The notes beneath the pieces were generated by a model that made no database searches, was not told where the DNA came from, and saw only the letters and a program-made list of their open reading frames with translations. This document shows positions 23,501 to 37,371 of a stretch of 64,000 bases of DNA, in pieces. The position numbers and the translations under genes are program-made. The stretch spans positions 27,964,116-28,028,115 of the forward strand of contig NC_081363.1 of assembly GCF_030684315.1 (NCBI RefSeq), read 5' to 3'. Source of the DNA: Stegostoma tigrinum. Taxonomy: Eukaryota. Position 1 is the first letter of the stretch. Each line of letters starts with the position of its first letter.

Positions 23501-24704
23501 ACAGGATGAATAGCCAGTTGGCAACTTAACAGAAGCCTGTCTGGACTTGTGCAACTGTACCTTGGTACATGTGATTAAGCTCTGGAAAGGCACCATGAAA
23601 ATTGTAAGGGAACTAAATCCTGTTTAGATTCTCTCTTGATGGAGATTCTAATTGTCTGGCACCTGCCTTTTGTCAATATTACTTAACACTTAGCCCATGG
23701 TTGAATATCATCTATGCCTTTTTGTATACAGCCTGCACTGGTTCGGTATTTAAGTCATAAGGACACTGCAGTCATCAGTGTATGTTCTCACTTTTGTCCC
23801 TATGATGGAGGGAAAGGTCAGTGAAGCACTAAAGAAGGTTAAGTCTAGGATACTACTCTGAGGACTTCTTGCAGCAATGTGCTAGGGCTAAAATGATTAA
23901 TCTCCTTCAAACGCCACCATCTTGCTTTCTATTTATTGGGTATCTAATCAGTGGAGAGTTTAATCTTCTGATTTCCATTGGCTTCAGTTTCGCTTCTACC
24001 TTTTGATGCCGCATTCTGTCAGATGCTGGTTTTGACATTAAGTAAATTGCCCCCACCCCGTTTCTTGACTTCAGTATCACTGCTAAGATACTGCCAGCAC
24101 CCATATCCTGACTGTACTCAGTGTCTTCAGCCAATTCTTGACATTATGTGGAGCGAATCAAATTATCTGCAGATTGACATTTGTGATTCTGTTGATGTCA
24201 GGAGTTGACCAAGATAGATCATGCATTCAATATTTCTGGTTGAAGAGGATTGCACATACTCCAGTTTTGCCTTTGTACCAATTGATGGGCCTTCCCATCA
24301 TTGAGGGTGGGAATGTGTGGAGTCTCCACCTCCTGTTAGTTGTTTTATTATCTTTCATCACTCTGAATTGGATGTGGCAGGCTTGCTGAGCTTTAATCTG
24401 ACCTTTTGATTTTGGGATTGCTTAACTCTATAGATAATATGCTGCTTTTCCAATTTTTTATGCATGCAGTCTTGTCCTACAGCTTTAATAAACTTGACAC
24501 CTTATTTTTAGTATACCCAGTGCTGTTTCTGGAATGCTTGCCTGAATGCCTCATTGAACCAAGGTCATGTATGTGATATCCTGGGCCATAGATAACTGAT
24601 TGTAATTGAGTGCAATTCTGCTGTTGTCATTGGTCCACAGCAGTTCATGGATGCAGAATTTTGAGCTGCTAGACCTGTTCAGAACTTTTCCTCTTTAAGA
24701 CGCT

Positions 24705-24776
24705 ATTAACTTTGGTGAGGCCGCACCTAGAATATTGTGTGCAGTTTTGGCCTCCTTTTCTGGAAAGGATGCTCTT

Positions 24777-24815
<39 letters not shown>

Positions 24816-25312
24816 GAGAGAGAGAGAGAGAGAGAGAGCAGCAAAGGTTTACTAGGCTGATCTAGGGATGGTGGGATGGACGTATGGGGAGACATTGATG
24901 AGGTTACAATTGTTTTTGCTGGACTTCAGATGAATGAGGGGGGGATTCTCACAGAGACTTATAAAATTCTAACATGACTGAACATGGTAAATGCAGGGAG
25001 GATGTTCCAGATGGTGGCTGTGTCCAGAACCAGGGGTCACAGTTGAGGATTGGGGTAGACCGTTTACGATGGAGATGAGGAGACAATCCTTCACCCAAAG
25101 AGTGGTGAGCCTTTGGAATTCATTACCACAGGAAGTAGTTGTTGTGAAAACATTGAATGTATTCAAGAGGCAGCTAGATATAGCATTGGGGGTGAATGGA
25201 ATCAAAGGTTATGTGGAGAAAGCAGGACTAGGCCATTGAGCTGGATGAATGTGATGAATGGTGGAGCAGGCTCAAAGCACCAAATGTCGTCCGCCTGCTC
25301 CTATCTTCTATG
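24705..25312 (+). mobile_element. CR1-type LINE 3' fragment
   Basis: LVRPHLEYCVQFW.. and EMRRQSFTQRVVSLWNSLPQEVV..FKRQLD motifs. Confidence 0.85.
24776..24840. repeat. (CT)n-(GA)n self-complementary microsatellite
   Basis: tgc(tc)n-tgagt-(ga)n-gca seen directly. Confidence 0.9.
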
Positions 25313-26099
25313 TTACTGTGTCACAATATGATGAAAGATGTCCAACATGTGAAAATGAGACGTCTCCACAGGGTCTGTGTGGTAACCATTTGTACTAATG
25401 CTATCATAAATGGATACATCTGTGACAGTGGATTATTGAGAGGGAAGTGAAGTAAGTTTTCTCTTAAGATTTAAGATTCAGGCCTAGTCTGGCCGATATT
25501 TGACGCATGATATTGAGCTACTGTTGGCAATGGACATTGGAGTTTCCCATTCAGACTATGCTCTGTTACCTTGTTACCCTCAACGTTTCTTCCAAGTGCT
25601 GTTCAACACGGATGTACAATTCATAAGTTAATGGAGGGCTTTAAGAGGCAGTGTTAGTGGTAATCAGCTGGAGGTGTAACCTGATATCAAGAAACATCAT
25701 GTGCTCTGATCTCAATGTTGGGGACTACAAGGTCCACTTCTTCTCTCCTGCATATAGCTGAACCGCCTTTTTTCATTATTCATGGAACATAGGCATCACT
25801 GGCTGCACCAAAATTACTGCCCATCCCTAGTTGCCCTGACCAGGTACCCTGGCAATAAATCACAACCATAGAGGTGATCTTCGTGTTTCTACACTTGAAA
25901 GCACCCAGAAGTGTTCTCGATGTTCCAGATGCCGACCTGCAGCATAACCAGCAGTAGAATGAGGACGCGAACTACAGGGTGAAGCAATAATCATGAATGA
26001 ATAACTTCTATGGAACCTGAAGGACCATGAATACTTTTGTCACTGCAGTTCGACGAATCCATCGACATTATCAACACAGCCCAGATTCTTTTCTTAAAA

Positions 26100-27850
26100 T
26101 TTGCAACTTGCATGTGAAATGGGAAAATGAATTTGTTAACAACGGTAAAAGGTGAGAGCATTTGCTTTGTACATTACTAGAGTATATTGTCAAATAATAA
26201 GGAAAATTTGGATCAACATTATCCAGTAATACACAGTAAATTCTATGATAGGTCTGCCTTGAATGGAATGCTTTTGACAAAGGTGACAGTTGAAGCCCAC
26301 TTTAAAAGTTTGACTGTAATATTTTTCAAAACCAGCAAAAGGTAAGACCCGTGCAGAACACTGTTCTATTTCACCTTTGCCATCTTCTGGCAAAACATAA
26401 GAAATCATTCACGGATGGCTAGTTACTAAAGAAGCAATGACCATGACCATTGACTGTTTGTTCAAAGACTATTAAAATTAAGTAATGATGGCAGTCTGGA
26501 GCATGTCTTTTGGTGCTTTCACAGTAGCAAGACAAGTGGAATCTTTGTCCGAAGATGTCTTTCATCAAGTAGAGTAAGAACTGATGGAATATGAACTCAT
26601 CTTGTTGCAGTTTGATGAATCCGTCATCCCAACACAGCCCCGCTGATTGGTTTTGTGGGTGTGGTTTTTAAGGACATTGTAATTAAAGAGAATCCGCTCA
26701 CCTTTTGCACATTAAAGATAATAAAGGATGAGGATATCTGCAATCAATTGAAAGGCTACGTGCTTGAGAAAAACATTGCAATCAAGAAATTGACTTCCAT
26801 TGCAGCTAATGGTGCACCAGCCATGCTTGATACAAATGCAGGTTTTGTTGCATTTTTCAGATATGATCCTCATTTTGTCATTGTCAATTACTGCCGTATA
26901 ATCCACCAGCAAGCAAAGGCTAGCCAAGTTATGGACATTTCTCATGTAATGGCAGTTGTTAAGTTTGTAAACTTGATTCAAGCAAGAATCCTTCAGCACT
27001 ACTTGCTTAAATCCTTATTCAGCAAATTTGATGCTGCCTACAGTGAACTAAGCCTCCATGCTGAATTGAGGTGTTTAAGTCAAGGGAAGTTCTACAGAGG
27101 TTTTTTTTTTAAATCTGATGTCTAAAGTTATTATTTAAATGAAGAACAGAAGTATACAGTAAGCTATCAGATAATGCATAGTTGATTGTCTTCGGCATTG
27201 ATATAATGTGAAAAATGAATGAGCTGAACTGTAAACTGTAAGAAAAGGGCTGAGACATACTCATATGATCAGTGCTGTGAATGGCTCAAAGTGAAACTGG
27301 GTCTGTTGTCTTCCCAATTAAAAAACAAAACACTGCAACACTTCCGGAATCTAGAGAAAATACTAAGGAAAAAATAAAAGACAAAGAAAAATGGTTCCAT
27401 CCAAACAACTTCAATGCACACCTGAGGAAGTTAGCAGGGAATTTCAGGAATTTAGTGTGATGGAGCAGGTCATTGTGTTTGCTGTGAGTCTTTCCCTTCA
27501 AATAGACATTAGTGGATTGGCTACCAGATTCCACCAGGAATTTGATTTACAAGGCAGTGGAGTTGATATGGAGATCATTACTATGCAAAATGATCTTGAG
27601 TTGAAAGTCAGAAAAGGGATTTCTGGCAACTCAAAATCATGGAAAAATACCGACGTTTGTCATCTTGTCCTTTTAAAGCAAAAGCTTACTTTGATTCCAT
27701 ATACCTCTGTGAGACAGCATTCTCCAAAATTAAGATAAGCATCACAACTGCCAAACATTTGATGCGTTGCATATGATTTGCAGTCTCAAACTACAACCCA
27801 GACTTCAATGGAAGGTAATGTGCAGTCACGGTTGGTATATTGAGACTTGG
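26100..27850 (+). mobile_element. Decayed hAT transposase (SPIN/Charlie/GTF2IRD2-like)
   Basis: ORF 26655-27125 has LTSIAANGAPAM (TDGAPAM-like), CRIIHQQ (HCIIHQ-like) and ELRCLSQGK (RWLSRG-like); many stops and frameshifts; TIRs not identified. Confidence 0.8.
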
Positions 27851-27989
27851 TCAGCACAGGACAAAATGAATAATTGAATATTCTTAATTTTAGATTTTTA
27901 CAGCAATAAAAGCAACTGTCTTTTATATTTTCTTGGGTGTTCTCTTCGATTGCACTTAAATGTAACAAGTGATTATTTGCTTAAAAAGT

Positions 27990-29400
27990 TGGAGACCATT
28001 CATCTCGATGGTAGTGGTTTTGAAAGGTGCTGTCTGTGAAAGCTTAGTGAATTTCTATAGTGCATTTTGTAGGTCGAACACACCGCTGCTACTGCATCGA
28101 CAGAATGTGGATGTGGTGCCAATCATGCAGGCAATTTTGTCCTGGATGGTGTCAAGCTTCTTGAGTATTGTTGGAGTTGCACTCATCTAGGCAAGTGGAG
28201 AGTATTCCATCACATTCCTGACTTCCATCTTGTTGATGGCAAACAAGCTTCAGGAAATCAGGAAAAGAGTTACTTGCTAAAACCTAGCCTTTGACCTCAG
28301 AAGCCACTGTATTTATTTTGTTAGTCCTGTACAGTTTCTGGTAAGTGATAAGCCCTATGATGTTGATTATCAGGGATTCGCTGATGGTAATACTGTTTCA
28401 TGTCAAGGGTGATGGTTAGATACTCTTTTGTTGGAGATGATCATTGCCTAGCACTTGTATGGCATAAATGTTCTTTGACACTAGAGTCATAGAGCTGTGC
28501 AGCTTGGACTGTATAGCACACTAATCAGCCTAAACCTGGCCATTGTCTAGATTGCTGCATTAAGATCATAAGCTGTTTCAGTATCTGAGGGGTTGCAAAT
28601 GGTTCTGAACATTTTACAATCATTAGCAAACATCCCTATTTCTAACCTTATAGTGGAAGAAAGGTCTTTGATGAAGTAGCTGAAGATGTTCAGGCCTCTG
28701 ACACACTTGCAGAGTTGAGGGGAGGTGGAGCTGAGGTGAGTGCAGAGATTCCACTGACTACAGTTTTGCTTGGGCTCCTTTACACCACACTCAGATAAAT
28801 TTGACCTTGATGTCAAGGACACTCATCTCCTCATTGCTGCAATTTGGCTGCTCTGATCATGTTTGAACTGAAGCTGCAATGAGGTCATGTGCTGACTAGA
28901 TTCGGTAGATTCAAACTGAGTGTTAATGAGCCGGTTATTACTAAGCAAATCCTGTTTGATAACCCTGCTGATGACACCTTCCATCACTTTACTAATGATT
29001 GAAATTAGACTGAGGGATTGGTAATTGACTGGGTTAGATATGTCTTACTTTTTGTATACCGGACGGACATGCCAGGATTTTTTTCACAGATGGCAGTAGC
29101 TGTACTGGAATAGCTTGGCTGGAGGCATGGCAAGTATTCAATACTATTGCCAGAATGTTGTCAGGACCCACAGCCTTTTTAGCATCCAGTGCCCCCATTT
29201 GTTTCTTAATATCATGTGATATCATGAATTGACTGGAAACTGGCAACTGTTATGTTGGGGACCTCCAGAGTAGGCAAAGATGGATTACCCACTCTGCACT
29301 TCTGGCTGACGATTGTTCCAAATGTTTCAGCTTTAACTTTTGCACTAATGTACTGGGCTCCTCCAATATTAAGGATGGGGTTATTTGTAGGGCTTCTCCT
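27990..29400 (-). mobile_element. Decayed LINE (CR1/L2 group) RT fragment
   Basis: ALDAKKAVGPDNILAIVLNTC and FIKDLSS..IGMFANDC (FADD-like) on the minus strand. Confidence 0.65.
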
Positions 29401-30342
29401 CCAGTGCTGCTCCTGACATGCCCTCCTGCTTTCTTAAGTGAACTAGGTTTAATCCCCTGACTTTATAGTAATGGTACAGTGGTACACCTAGTTTGCCGAG
29501 GGATAGGCCAACCTTGGGACAATGGTGTCTAGGAGATTAACTGCACAACATGTTTAAATGCATTTGACTACAGTGGGCTTTCACTTGTCCGGTGGTTTGG
29601 ATGGCTTTCCCAATTTTTGGAACAATCCCTAGATATTAGTGACAATTGATTTGCAGGAACAATTAACTATGATTGAAATTAGACTGAGGGAGTGGTAATT
29701 GACTGGGTTAGATATGTCTTACTTTTTGTATACCGGACGGACATGCCAGGATTTTTTTCACAGATGGCAGTAGCTGTACTGGAATAGCTTGGCTGGAGGC
29801 ATGGCAAGTATTCAATACTATTGCCAGAATGTTGTCAGGACCCACAGCCTTTTTAGCATCCAGTGCCCCCATTTGTTTCTTAATATCATGTGATATCATG
29901 AATTGACTGGAAACTGGCAACTGTTATGTTGGGGACCTCCAGAGTAGGCAAAGATGGATTACCCACTCTGCACTTCTGGCTGACGATTGTTCCAAATGTT
30001 TCAGCTTTAACTTTTGCACTAATGTACTGGGCTCCTCCAATATTAAGGATGGGGTTATTTGTAGGGCTTCTCCTCCAGTGCTGCTCCTGACATGCCCTCC
30101 TGCTTTCTTAAGTGAACTAGGTTTAATCCCCTGACTTTATAGTAATGGTACAGTGGTACACCTAGTTTGCCGAGGGATAGGCCAACCTTGGGACAATGGT
30201 GTCTAGGAGATTAACTGCACAACATGTTTAAATGCATTTGACTACAGTGGGCTTTCACTTGTCCGGTGGTTTGGATGGCTTTCCCAATTTTTGGAACAAT
30301 CCCTAGATATTAGTGACAATTGATTTGCAGGAACAATTAACT
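28995..30342. repeat. 674-bp direct tandem duplication (28995-29668 and 29669-30342)
   Basis: Identical ORFs offset by 674 nt; one substitution seen (gggattgg vs gggagtgg). Confidence 0.95.
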
Positions 30343-31031
30343 AAGATGTGTGTTTGTCATTTCCAATGCTAGGCAGTTAATCCAGTATTTTTCTCTTCTG
30401 TCACACTACTGCATGGCTTGCTTGGCCAGTTCAAGAGGCAAGTAAGAATCAGCCGCAGTGTTGTGAGTTTGGGATCACATTTACACCAGCCTGGTTAAAG
30501 ATGCTAACTTATATAAATTCAGTAGCTTCATGATCATTATCATTAAGACTACCTTGTATTCCAGATTTGTTTATTCATTAAAAAAATTTAATTACACCAA
30601 CTGATTTGATGGAATTCAAACTTGTTTCACTTGAGTATTGGCCTGGGCCTCTAGAATATTAGTATAGCAGCATTACCAATATCCTGATTGAACTCATGAT
30701 GATAAAATCCCTCTGCTGATTGAGTTTATGATGTTAGGATCCTATAGCATTTCTGGCGCACAATAGTATCTCTAATAAGTCATTGTTTACCCCGAAGTTT
30801 GCTATTCAAGATACTTTGTGCATGAGCCCCTATAGATAAGAAACATAAATCACAGCGTGCATTTTTAGTTTTCATTTCAAAATGTGATTTTTTAAAAAAA
30901 GATTAGTTTCTTAATCATGAAAGAATTGAGTAGTTTGGTGCAAGCTTGGCAGAAGTACACAATAGTGAAGGAGATCTGACTCTGTGGTTCATATGAGGGA
31001 TTGATGAATTTTACTCTGCTTGATTCCACAG

Positions 31032-31196
31032 CAAGAAGGATCCCTCTGCGCTCAGCATTGCCTCAACAATTTGTTGCAGGGAGAGTACTTCAGCCCTATA
31101 GACCTCTCTACAATTGCACAACAGTTGGATGAAGAAGAGCGAGAAAGAATGGCAGAGGGAGGAACTGCCACAGAAGAATACAGAATATTTTTACAG
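31032..31196 (+). CDS. ATXN3: Ataxin-3 exon 2 (Josephin domain, catalytic Cys14)
   Basis: QEGSLCAQHCLNNLLQGEYFSPIDLSTIAQQLDEEERERMAEGGTATEEYRIFLQ; cag/gt boundaries. Confidence 0.98.
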
Positions 31197-31270
31197 GTGA
31201 AAGTGCAAGCTAACTTAACATCAGTTTTCAGTGATGCTACTTTACATAAGCCAGTTGTCATTACTCAGTA

Positions 31271-31460
31271 ATAAAAGCAGAAAGTGCTGGAGAAACTCAG
31301 CAGGTCTGGGAGTCATCCATGAAGAGAAAACAATGTGAATGTTTCAAAACCATTATGACGCCTCTTCAGACTTTTTTGGGTACAAGCTTTCAAATTTGTT
31401 TCTCTTCACAGTTGCTGCCGGACCTGCTGAGTTGTTCCAATACTTTCAGTTTTCATTTCA
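31271..31460. mobile_element. Short palindromic element, family 2
   Basis: gaaagtgctggagaaactcagcaggtctgg pairs with ccggacctgctgagttgttccaatactttc. Confidence 0.7.
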
Positions 31461-31464
31461 TAAG

Positions 31465-32050
31465 AGAATAGCAAAGAAGGGGTTTGGTATGCTTGCCTTT
31501 ATTGGTCAGTGCATTGAATATAGGAGTCGGGAGGGCATGTTGCAGTGTACAGGACATTGGTTAGGTCTCCCTGCTATTGGAAGGATGTTGTGAAACTTGA
31601 AAGGGTTTATAAAGGAATTACAAGGATGTTGCCTGGGTTGGAGAGTTTGAGTTATATGGAGAGGGGTCAGGGGCCAATTTCCCTGGAGCGTCAGAGGTTT
31701 ATAAAATCACAAGGGGCATGGATGGGGTAAATAGACAAAGTTTCTTTTCCCAAAGTCTCTCTTCCCTGCGGTGGGGGAGTCCAAGCCTAGAGGTCATAGC
31801 TTTAAGGTGGGAAGGGAAAGATTATGCAAAGGGTGGTATGTTTATGGAATGAACTGCCACAGGAAGTAGTTGACGCAGATACAATTACAACATATAAAAA
31901 GTATCTGAATGAATGTATGAATAGGAAGGGTTTAGAAGCATATGGGCTACATGCTGGCAAGTGGGAGTAGATTAATTTGCGATATCTGGTCAGCATGGAT
32001 GAGTTGGTCGGAAGGGTCTGTTTCTGTTCCATACATCTCTATGGCTGTAT
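31465..32050 (+). mobile_element. CR1-type LINE 3' fragment
   Basis: GMLAFIGQCIEYRSR, KDVVKLERV..TRMLPGLESLSY, WNELPQEVV motifs. Confidence 0.8.
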
Positions 32051-32715
32051 AATACAGTAGTAGTACTCTCAGCTCTGAGTCAAACTGTTGTGAATTCAAG
32101 CCCTGCTCAGGAGGCCTGAGCACATAATGAAGCCTGATACTTGAGTACAATACTGAGGAAGTGCGATCATAGAACCGTAGAAAAGTTACAGCACACAAAG
32201 AGACGATTCAGACCATCATGTCTGTACCGACTGAGTAAACTAGCTGCGCCTTCTAATCCCATTTTCCAGCATCTCGTCCATAACCTTGAAGGTTACTGTG
32301 CTTCAGGTTCCTTTTAAGTTCGTTAAGTGTTTCTGTCTCAATTTTCAAACTGGGCAGCATGTTCCAGAGACATGTCATCGTCTGGATGAAAATGTTTTTC
32401 TAATGTCTCCTCTAATTATTCTACCAATCGCCATTAATCTCTTTGAGTGATAGGATTTAATGTAAGTTGCTAAACCAGGCCTCATCTGCCATTTAAAATC
32501 ATGAGGGTAATTTTTGCTGATGTCAGGAGCAACGTTATAACTGTAATAATATTCTTGTTATAGGGAAATATTAATCCAGCTGAGGCACTGCTTGCTGAAA
32601 TTATGCAGATATTTGCACGCTTTGTCTGCCAATCAACAACAAGCAGTTTTGGCGTTAGTCTGTGAACCATGAGCATTTGCATTATCCCATCTTGACTTTT
32701 TTTTCCTCAACACAG

Positions 32716-32760
32716 CAACCTTCAGGGAACATGGATGATAGTGGATTCTTTTCTATTCAA
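32716..32760 (+). CDS. ATXN3: Ataxin-3 exon 3
   Basis: QPSGNMDDSGFFSIQ, 45 nt, cag/gtaagt. Confidence 0.97.
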
Positions 32761-34620
32761 GTAAGTGTTTGATTTTTAAACCTATAAATCATGCTAAATT
32801 TTTAAATAGAAACTTTTTTCCTGTTGCAATTAAAAAGTAAGATTTTTTTAAAGATCATTGTGCACAGGATCAACAAGTTGAACTTAATTTGGATAGTTTG
32901 AATTGCTCTTTTTCCTTTGATACTTTGCTTTTTACTTCTCATTTTAACTTCCAATTTGGTTTTCTGAAGCAGTTTCTTCAAGTAGTTTCTCAGTCTGTTC
33001 TGCAGCTACCATTTCATCTCTACAGCAGCAGCATGCCCCATCTTAATGCAGAAAAAATGTGCAGTAATGGGATTACTGGCCCTAGTTATTTCTTCCGTAC
33101 TATTTAAATGTTAAAAAGCATGTAGCGATTCTAAAGCTGGTATGGTCATCAAGGCACTTAAAGGGGTAGGAATAGGATTATACAAGCAAAATTTGGAGTA
33201 TGGGCAATGGCACTGTTTCAGTTTATAATAAGCATGAAGTAACTGCCGTGGTTTTTCATGGCTGACTTGATAAGTTAATAGTTTTAACTGGTAAAGGAGT
33301 CAAGAAAATGTACATGTTCCGAGAGGTGGCAAGAATTAAAGACTTTGATGAAATAACAGCATTTTTGTAGCTCCAGCTATGTCCTTCATTACCCACAATA
33401 CTAATTCATCACTGAAAATGCGTTGCTCTCAAATGTACTGTTACATCCTTCTTTTGGTTGGATGGAATTACCCAAGCCTTGGCTATATCCACACATGATC
33501 GTAAGAATACTTTGTAGCCAGTGCTTAATTTGTTAGTTATTGTGTGTTTGTATTTTATTTTTTCCTACAAAGGAAACAAAACTTGTTCCACGAGGCAAAA
33601 TTATGCAGGCTGAATAAATTTCATTTGTTCATTTTTATGCTTATCCTGCTCAACAATCTAACCTGTATTTCATCTGGCAATGAAGTACTTTTAATATTCA
33701 CACAACACGATGTATTAACATTTGTAGTACCCTCACATTAGAGCTAGTATATATTTGATTGTAAGAATGGTAGATGTCTAAGGGAAACAAATGAACAAAG
33801 ATATTTTTTATCATCTTTTCCGAGCTTTATTGATAAAGGTACAGGTCAAACCATAGAGAAGCAATAGCGTCAGTGGCCGTCAATAGTTTGCTATCCTCCT
33901 GGTCACCCTCTTGTGCAACTTCTCCAAGTCCTCTTTTAATTGGACACACTAAGATTTCAACATGCAATATTCTTCTGATCAATAAGGATGAAAAGATTTA
34001 ATTGACAAAGGGAAGAGGGTATATTTTACTTGTTTTAAAGTTCACCCTAAAATGGTCAAATAAATCAACAGGTTCATACAGACATGGAATGTAGAGAAAA
34101 AAGCTGCAGCATTCTGTGAAATCAAAAAGTAGTTTTTCTCATGGGAGAAAGGAACCCAATAGTTTTCTCATTCTCATGCACTCTCCCTTTCTTTCACCAC
34201 ATCCCCAACCCCACCACTACCACCAAACACTTGCCAATCAATGTCTGTGTATGTTGTGTCAATTGAAAACTATCAAGACTGAGATTTATAAAAAGGATAT
34301 CAGGGGATATATGATTTAAGAAACAATCAATTTCATTATATTTCTTTATACTGTGAAAAAAAAACTGCAAATACTGCAGATGGATAATCATAGTCCCGAG
34401 AGTAGATGGAGGAGGGAGGGATCAATCCTGTGGGCTCCAGGAAAATGAAAGCAATAGCCGCTTGTTGAAGCGTATCTTACAGTTTAGTGCACAGATATTT
34501 ACATGTGTCAAAATAAGTCACTTTTCAAGTTAATTTTTAAATGATTCCTATTGTATTGTAAATCTCCAAGATTGTATTGCATGTATCCAAAGAGCTTTCA
34601 AAGCAATTTTATTTCTGCAG

Positions 34621-34706
34621 GTGATTAGTACTGCCTTGAGTGTATGGGGTTTAGAGATTACCCTCTTCAACAGTCCAGAATATCAACGATTAAGGATTGA
34701 TCCAGT
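34621..34706 (+). CDS. ATXN3: Ataxin-3 exon 4
   Basis: VISTALSVWGLEITLFNSPEYQRLRIDP(V), 86 nt, cag/gtaagc. Confidence 0.97.
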
Positions 34707-34954
34707 GTAAGCCACATTAAAGTATACGTAAATACAGCGTGTTTTCAGTAATTTAAGTTCGTTTTAATTGCAGATCTCAGTTTTTGTTTTCAGATTTTGG
34801 ATTCAGTTTCTCAATCTATGCTCTTTAAACAGTTACAATTATATAATAGACATTTTATTTGGAAGATAGGCATTTTTTAAAGAAAAGTTGATTCTTTTAA
34901 CAAATTCCTTGTGGAACAGTGTAAGGTCTATCTACGTGTTTGTTGTTTCCACAG

Positions 34955-35021
34955 AATTGAAAGAGCATTTATTTGCAACTACAAAGAACATTGGTTTACA
35001 GTACGAAAAATAGGAAAGCAG
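34955..35021 (+). CDS. ATXN3: Ataxin-3 exon 5 (catalytic His)
   Basis: IERAFICNYKEHWFTVRKIGKQ, 67 nt. Confidence 0.97.
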
Positions 35022-36887
35022 GTAGTTAACTCTTTAACATTAAAGAGCTGCTATGGAATTTTGAATTTCATCTCCTAATATCAGAAGAATTACAGTATTC
35101 AATTTGAAAAACCTTTCCAATATTTTCCCTGATTGTTTTACCTCTTTGTTTAACTTTTTTTTAAGATTTGTTGGATTTGCTGTACAGACCTACAGTTACA
35201 TTTTCTTTCTGTTGCAGGAACTCATTACTTTTCTTCCTACTTCTTTAAAACATAGCTTCACTTGGAAAGAAAAAGAAGTACCAACAGACTTGGATGCCTT
35301 TTCAAGATATTTTTAAAAATATTGTTACACATTTGCATTAGTTTTATGGTTCAGTAGGTCATGCCTTTCCCTCCCTTAATCAAGTTTCCTTCCAGCATGG
35401 AAGCATCAGAATGGCCCTAACCAAAGCCACAATCATATTCTCTGTCACCGTGCCTTATCCCTGCTTAGTTTCTCTGAAGCCTTTTACACAGTTGACCACT
35501 TTATCATCTTCAAATTCTCTTGGTAGTCCAATTTAGTGGCGCTGCTATTATTTGCTTCCCTTCATAATACCTATGTGATTGTAGCCAGATAATCGCCAGC
35601 AATTACTTTTCTTCCAGACATTAGGATCTGTGTACTCTAGAACCATCAATCTTCAGCTGTGTCCTCTTCCTGTTCTGTCTGCTGTCTCGTTGCAGCGCCA
35701 TCTTCTGGTGTGAGTTGATTCCATGTTGATGACATGCAGCTGTGATTTTCCAATACTTGTTTCAGCTCCTCCACTGTCTCAATGAAATCAAATCTGTCAG
35801 ACTTTGATCTCATTTGAGCTGCAGTTTCCTCCAGCTAAGCAACCAAAGGTACTACTTTGGGTCCTCAGCACAAACTTTCCAGCACTGACAATGACTTTCC
35901 CTCCCAGGCCGTTGTTGTAGTTTGAAACAAACTATTTGAAGTTTTGGAGCTTGTCTGATTAGGCTGAATCTCCAGCTCCACAGCCTCTCCAACAAATTGA
36001 TTTCAGCTACCACACCACTATCTTTGGCTGTCCGTATTTACCACCACCAATCAGCCACTTATCCTGAATGACCACCTATCCTATCTTACAACCATTGTGA
36101 GCTGTGGCTGATCCAAAGATTTGCAGTCTGCATCCTATCCCATTCCAAGTTTTGCTCACCAATTACCTATGGCTCTATTGACCTCCCAGTTATGCCATGC
36201 TTCAATTCATTCTCTCAGCCTCATTTAACTGTTTGCACATGCTTACATTCTCCCTCTCATGCACACTCAATTCCCTCAGGTCCAGCAACCATACATTCAT
36301 CCGCTTTCTTCATGCTTAATGTCTATTACCTCTCTTCATGATTATGGAGATAACGAACTCGACCCACAACTACCTAAACCTTGTGACCTCTCCCTAAATC
36401 TATTTTAAAACTCTTTTTCAACTTTGATTTTTGACCGTTTTGGTCAGGCTCTGCATTTCTTCTTTTAGAGTATTATTTATACTTTTCAATGACGTTTCTG
36501 TGATGCAGCAAAATATGTCTTTCTCTGTTCACAGTACTTTATCAGTACAAGTTATTAAATGCAAGAAAGTCAAACTTTACACCATGATTATAATGACAAT
36601 ATATTTGTCTGAATTGCCTACTCTCATTCCTAATACCTATGAAGGGCTGCATGTATATGTTGATGAAATTGCCATTTAAAAGAATCTGTGTGATTATTTT
36701 GGACAAAATCAAATTTGCAGCATCTACAATTTCGGTTGATAAACTTACTGCATTTTGGAATATTAAGCTATTCAAATCAGGAACATTTCAGGCTCAGTTT
36801 CCCATTGTTGAGTTAACCAATCTCAGCTTTGATAGCTATGAATGTTCTTTGTTGCCCTTAGCTTACAAACCACAAAGATATTGGCTA

Positions 36888-37060
36888 AACAAAAAAACCA
36901 GTGTATGACAGATGCTAGAAATCAGAAACAAGAACAGAAATTGCTGGAAAAACTTAGTAGGTCTGGCAGCTTCTGTGGAGAGAAGAGTCACTGGAAGCGT
37001 TAACTCTGCTTTCTCTGCACAGATGCTGCCAGACCTGCTGAGTTTTTCCAGCAATTTCTG
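36888..37060. mobile_element. Short palindromic element, family 2
   Basis: Arm 36935-36984 is the near reverse complement of 37011-37060; the centre retains gtcactgga..cgttaactctg. Confidence 0.75.
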
Positions 37061-37283
37061 ACATTGTTATGGAAATCATAGCATCAAGCTGTTTAACCAG
37101 ACCTTGACCACTAGGTGACACTATTGCTCATTTTCTGGTATGGGATAAAGAATGCAAAACGAAATGAATTTATGTGAAAGTAAGTTGATTTAAAAGTTAA
37201 CACAATGTTACAGCACAGAATGAGAATTTGCTTTGAAAATTTCATAGATGTAATGAATAACTTGTGCTTTCTTTTCTGGGCAG

Positions 37284-37371
37284 TGGTTTAACCTAAATTC
37301 TTTATTGACGGGACCAGAGTTGATCTCCGACACTTACCTTGCCCTCTTCTTGGCACAGTTACAACAAGAAG
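37284..37371 (+). CDS. ATXN3: Ataxin-3 exon 6 (catalytic Asn)
   Basis: WFNLNSLLTGPELISDTYLALFLAQLQQE(G), 88 nt; donor GTATCCTTT. Confidence 0.97.

Noticed and set aside
26655-27125. Functional domesticated GTF2IRD2/EPM2AIP1-like gene
   Set aside because: Surrounded by stops and frameshifts, with key motif residues substituted
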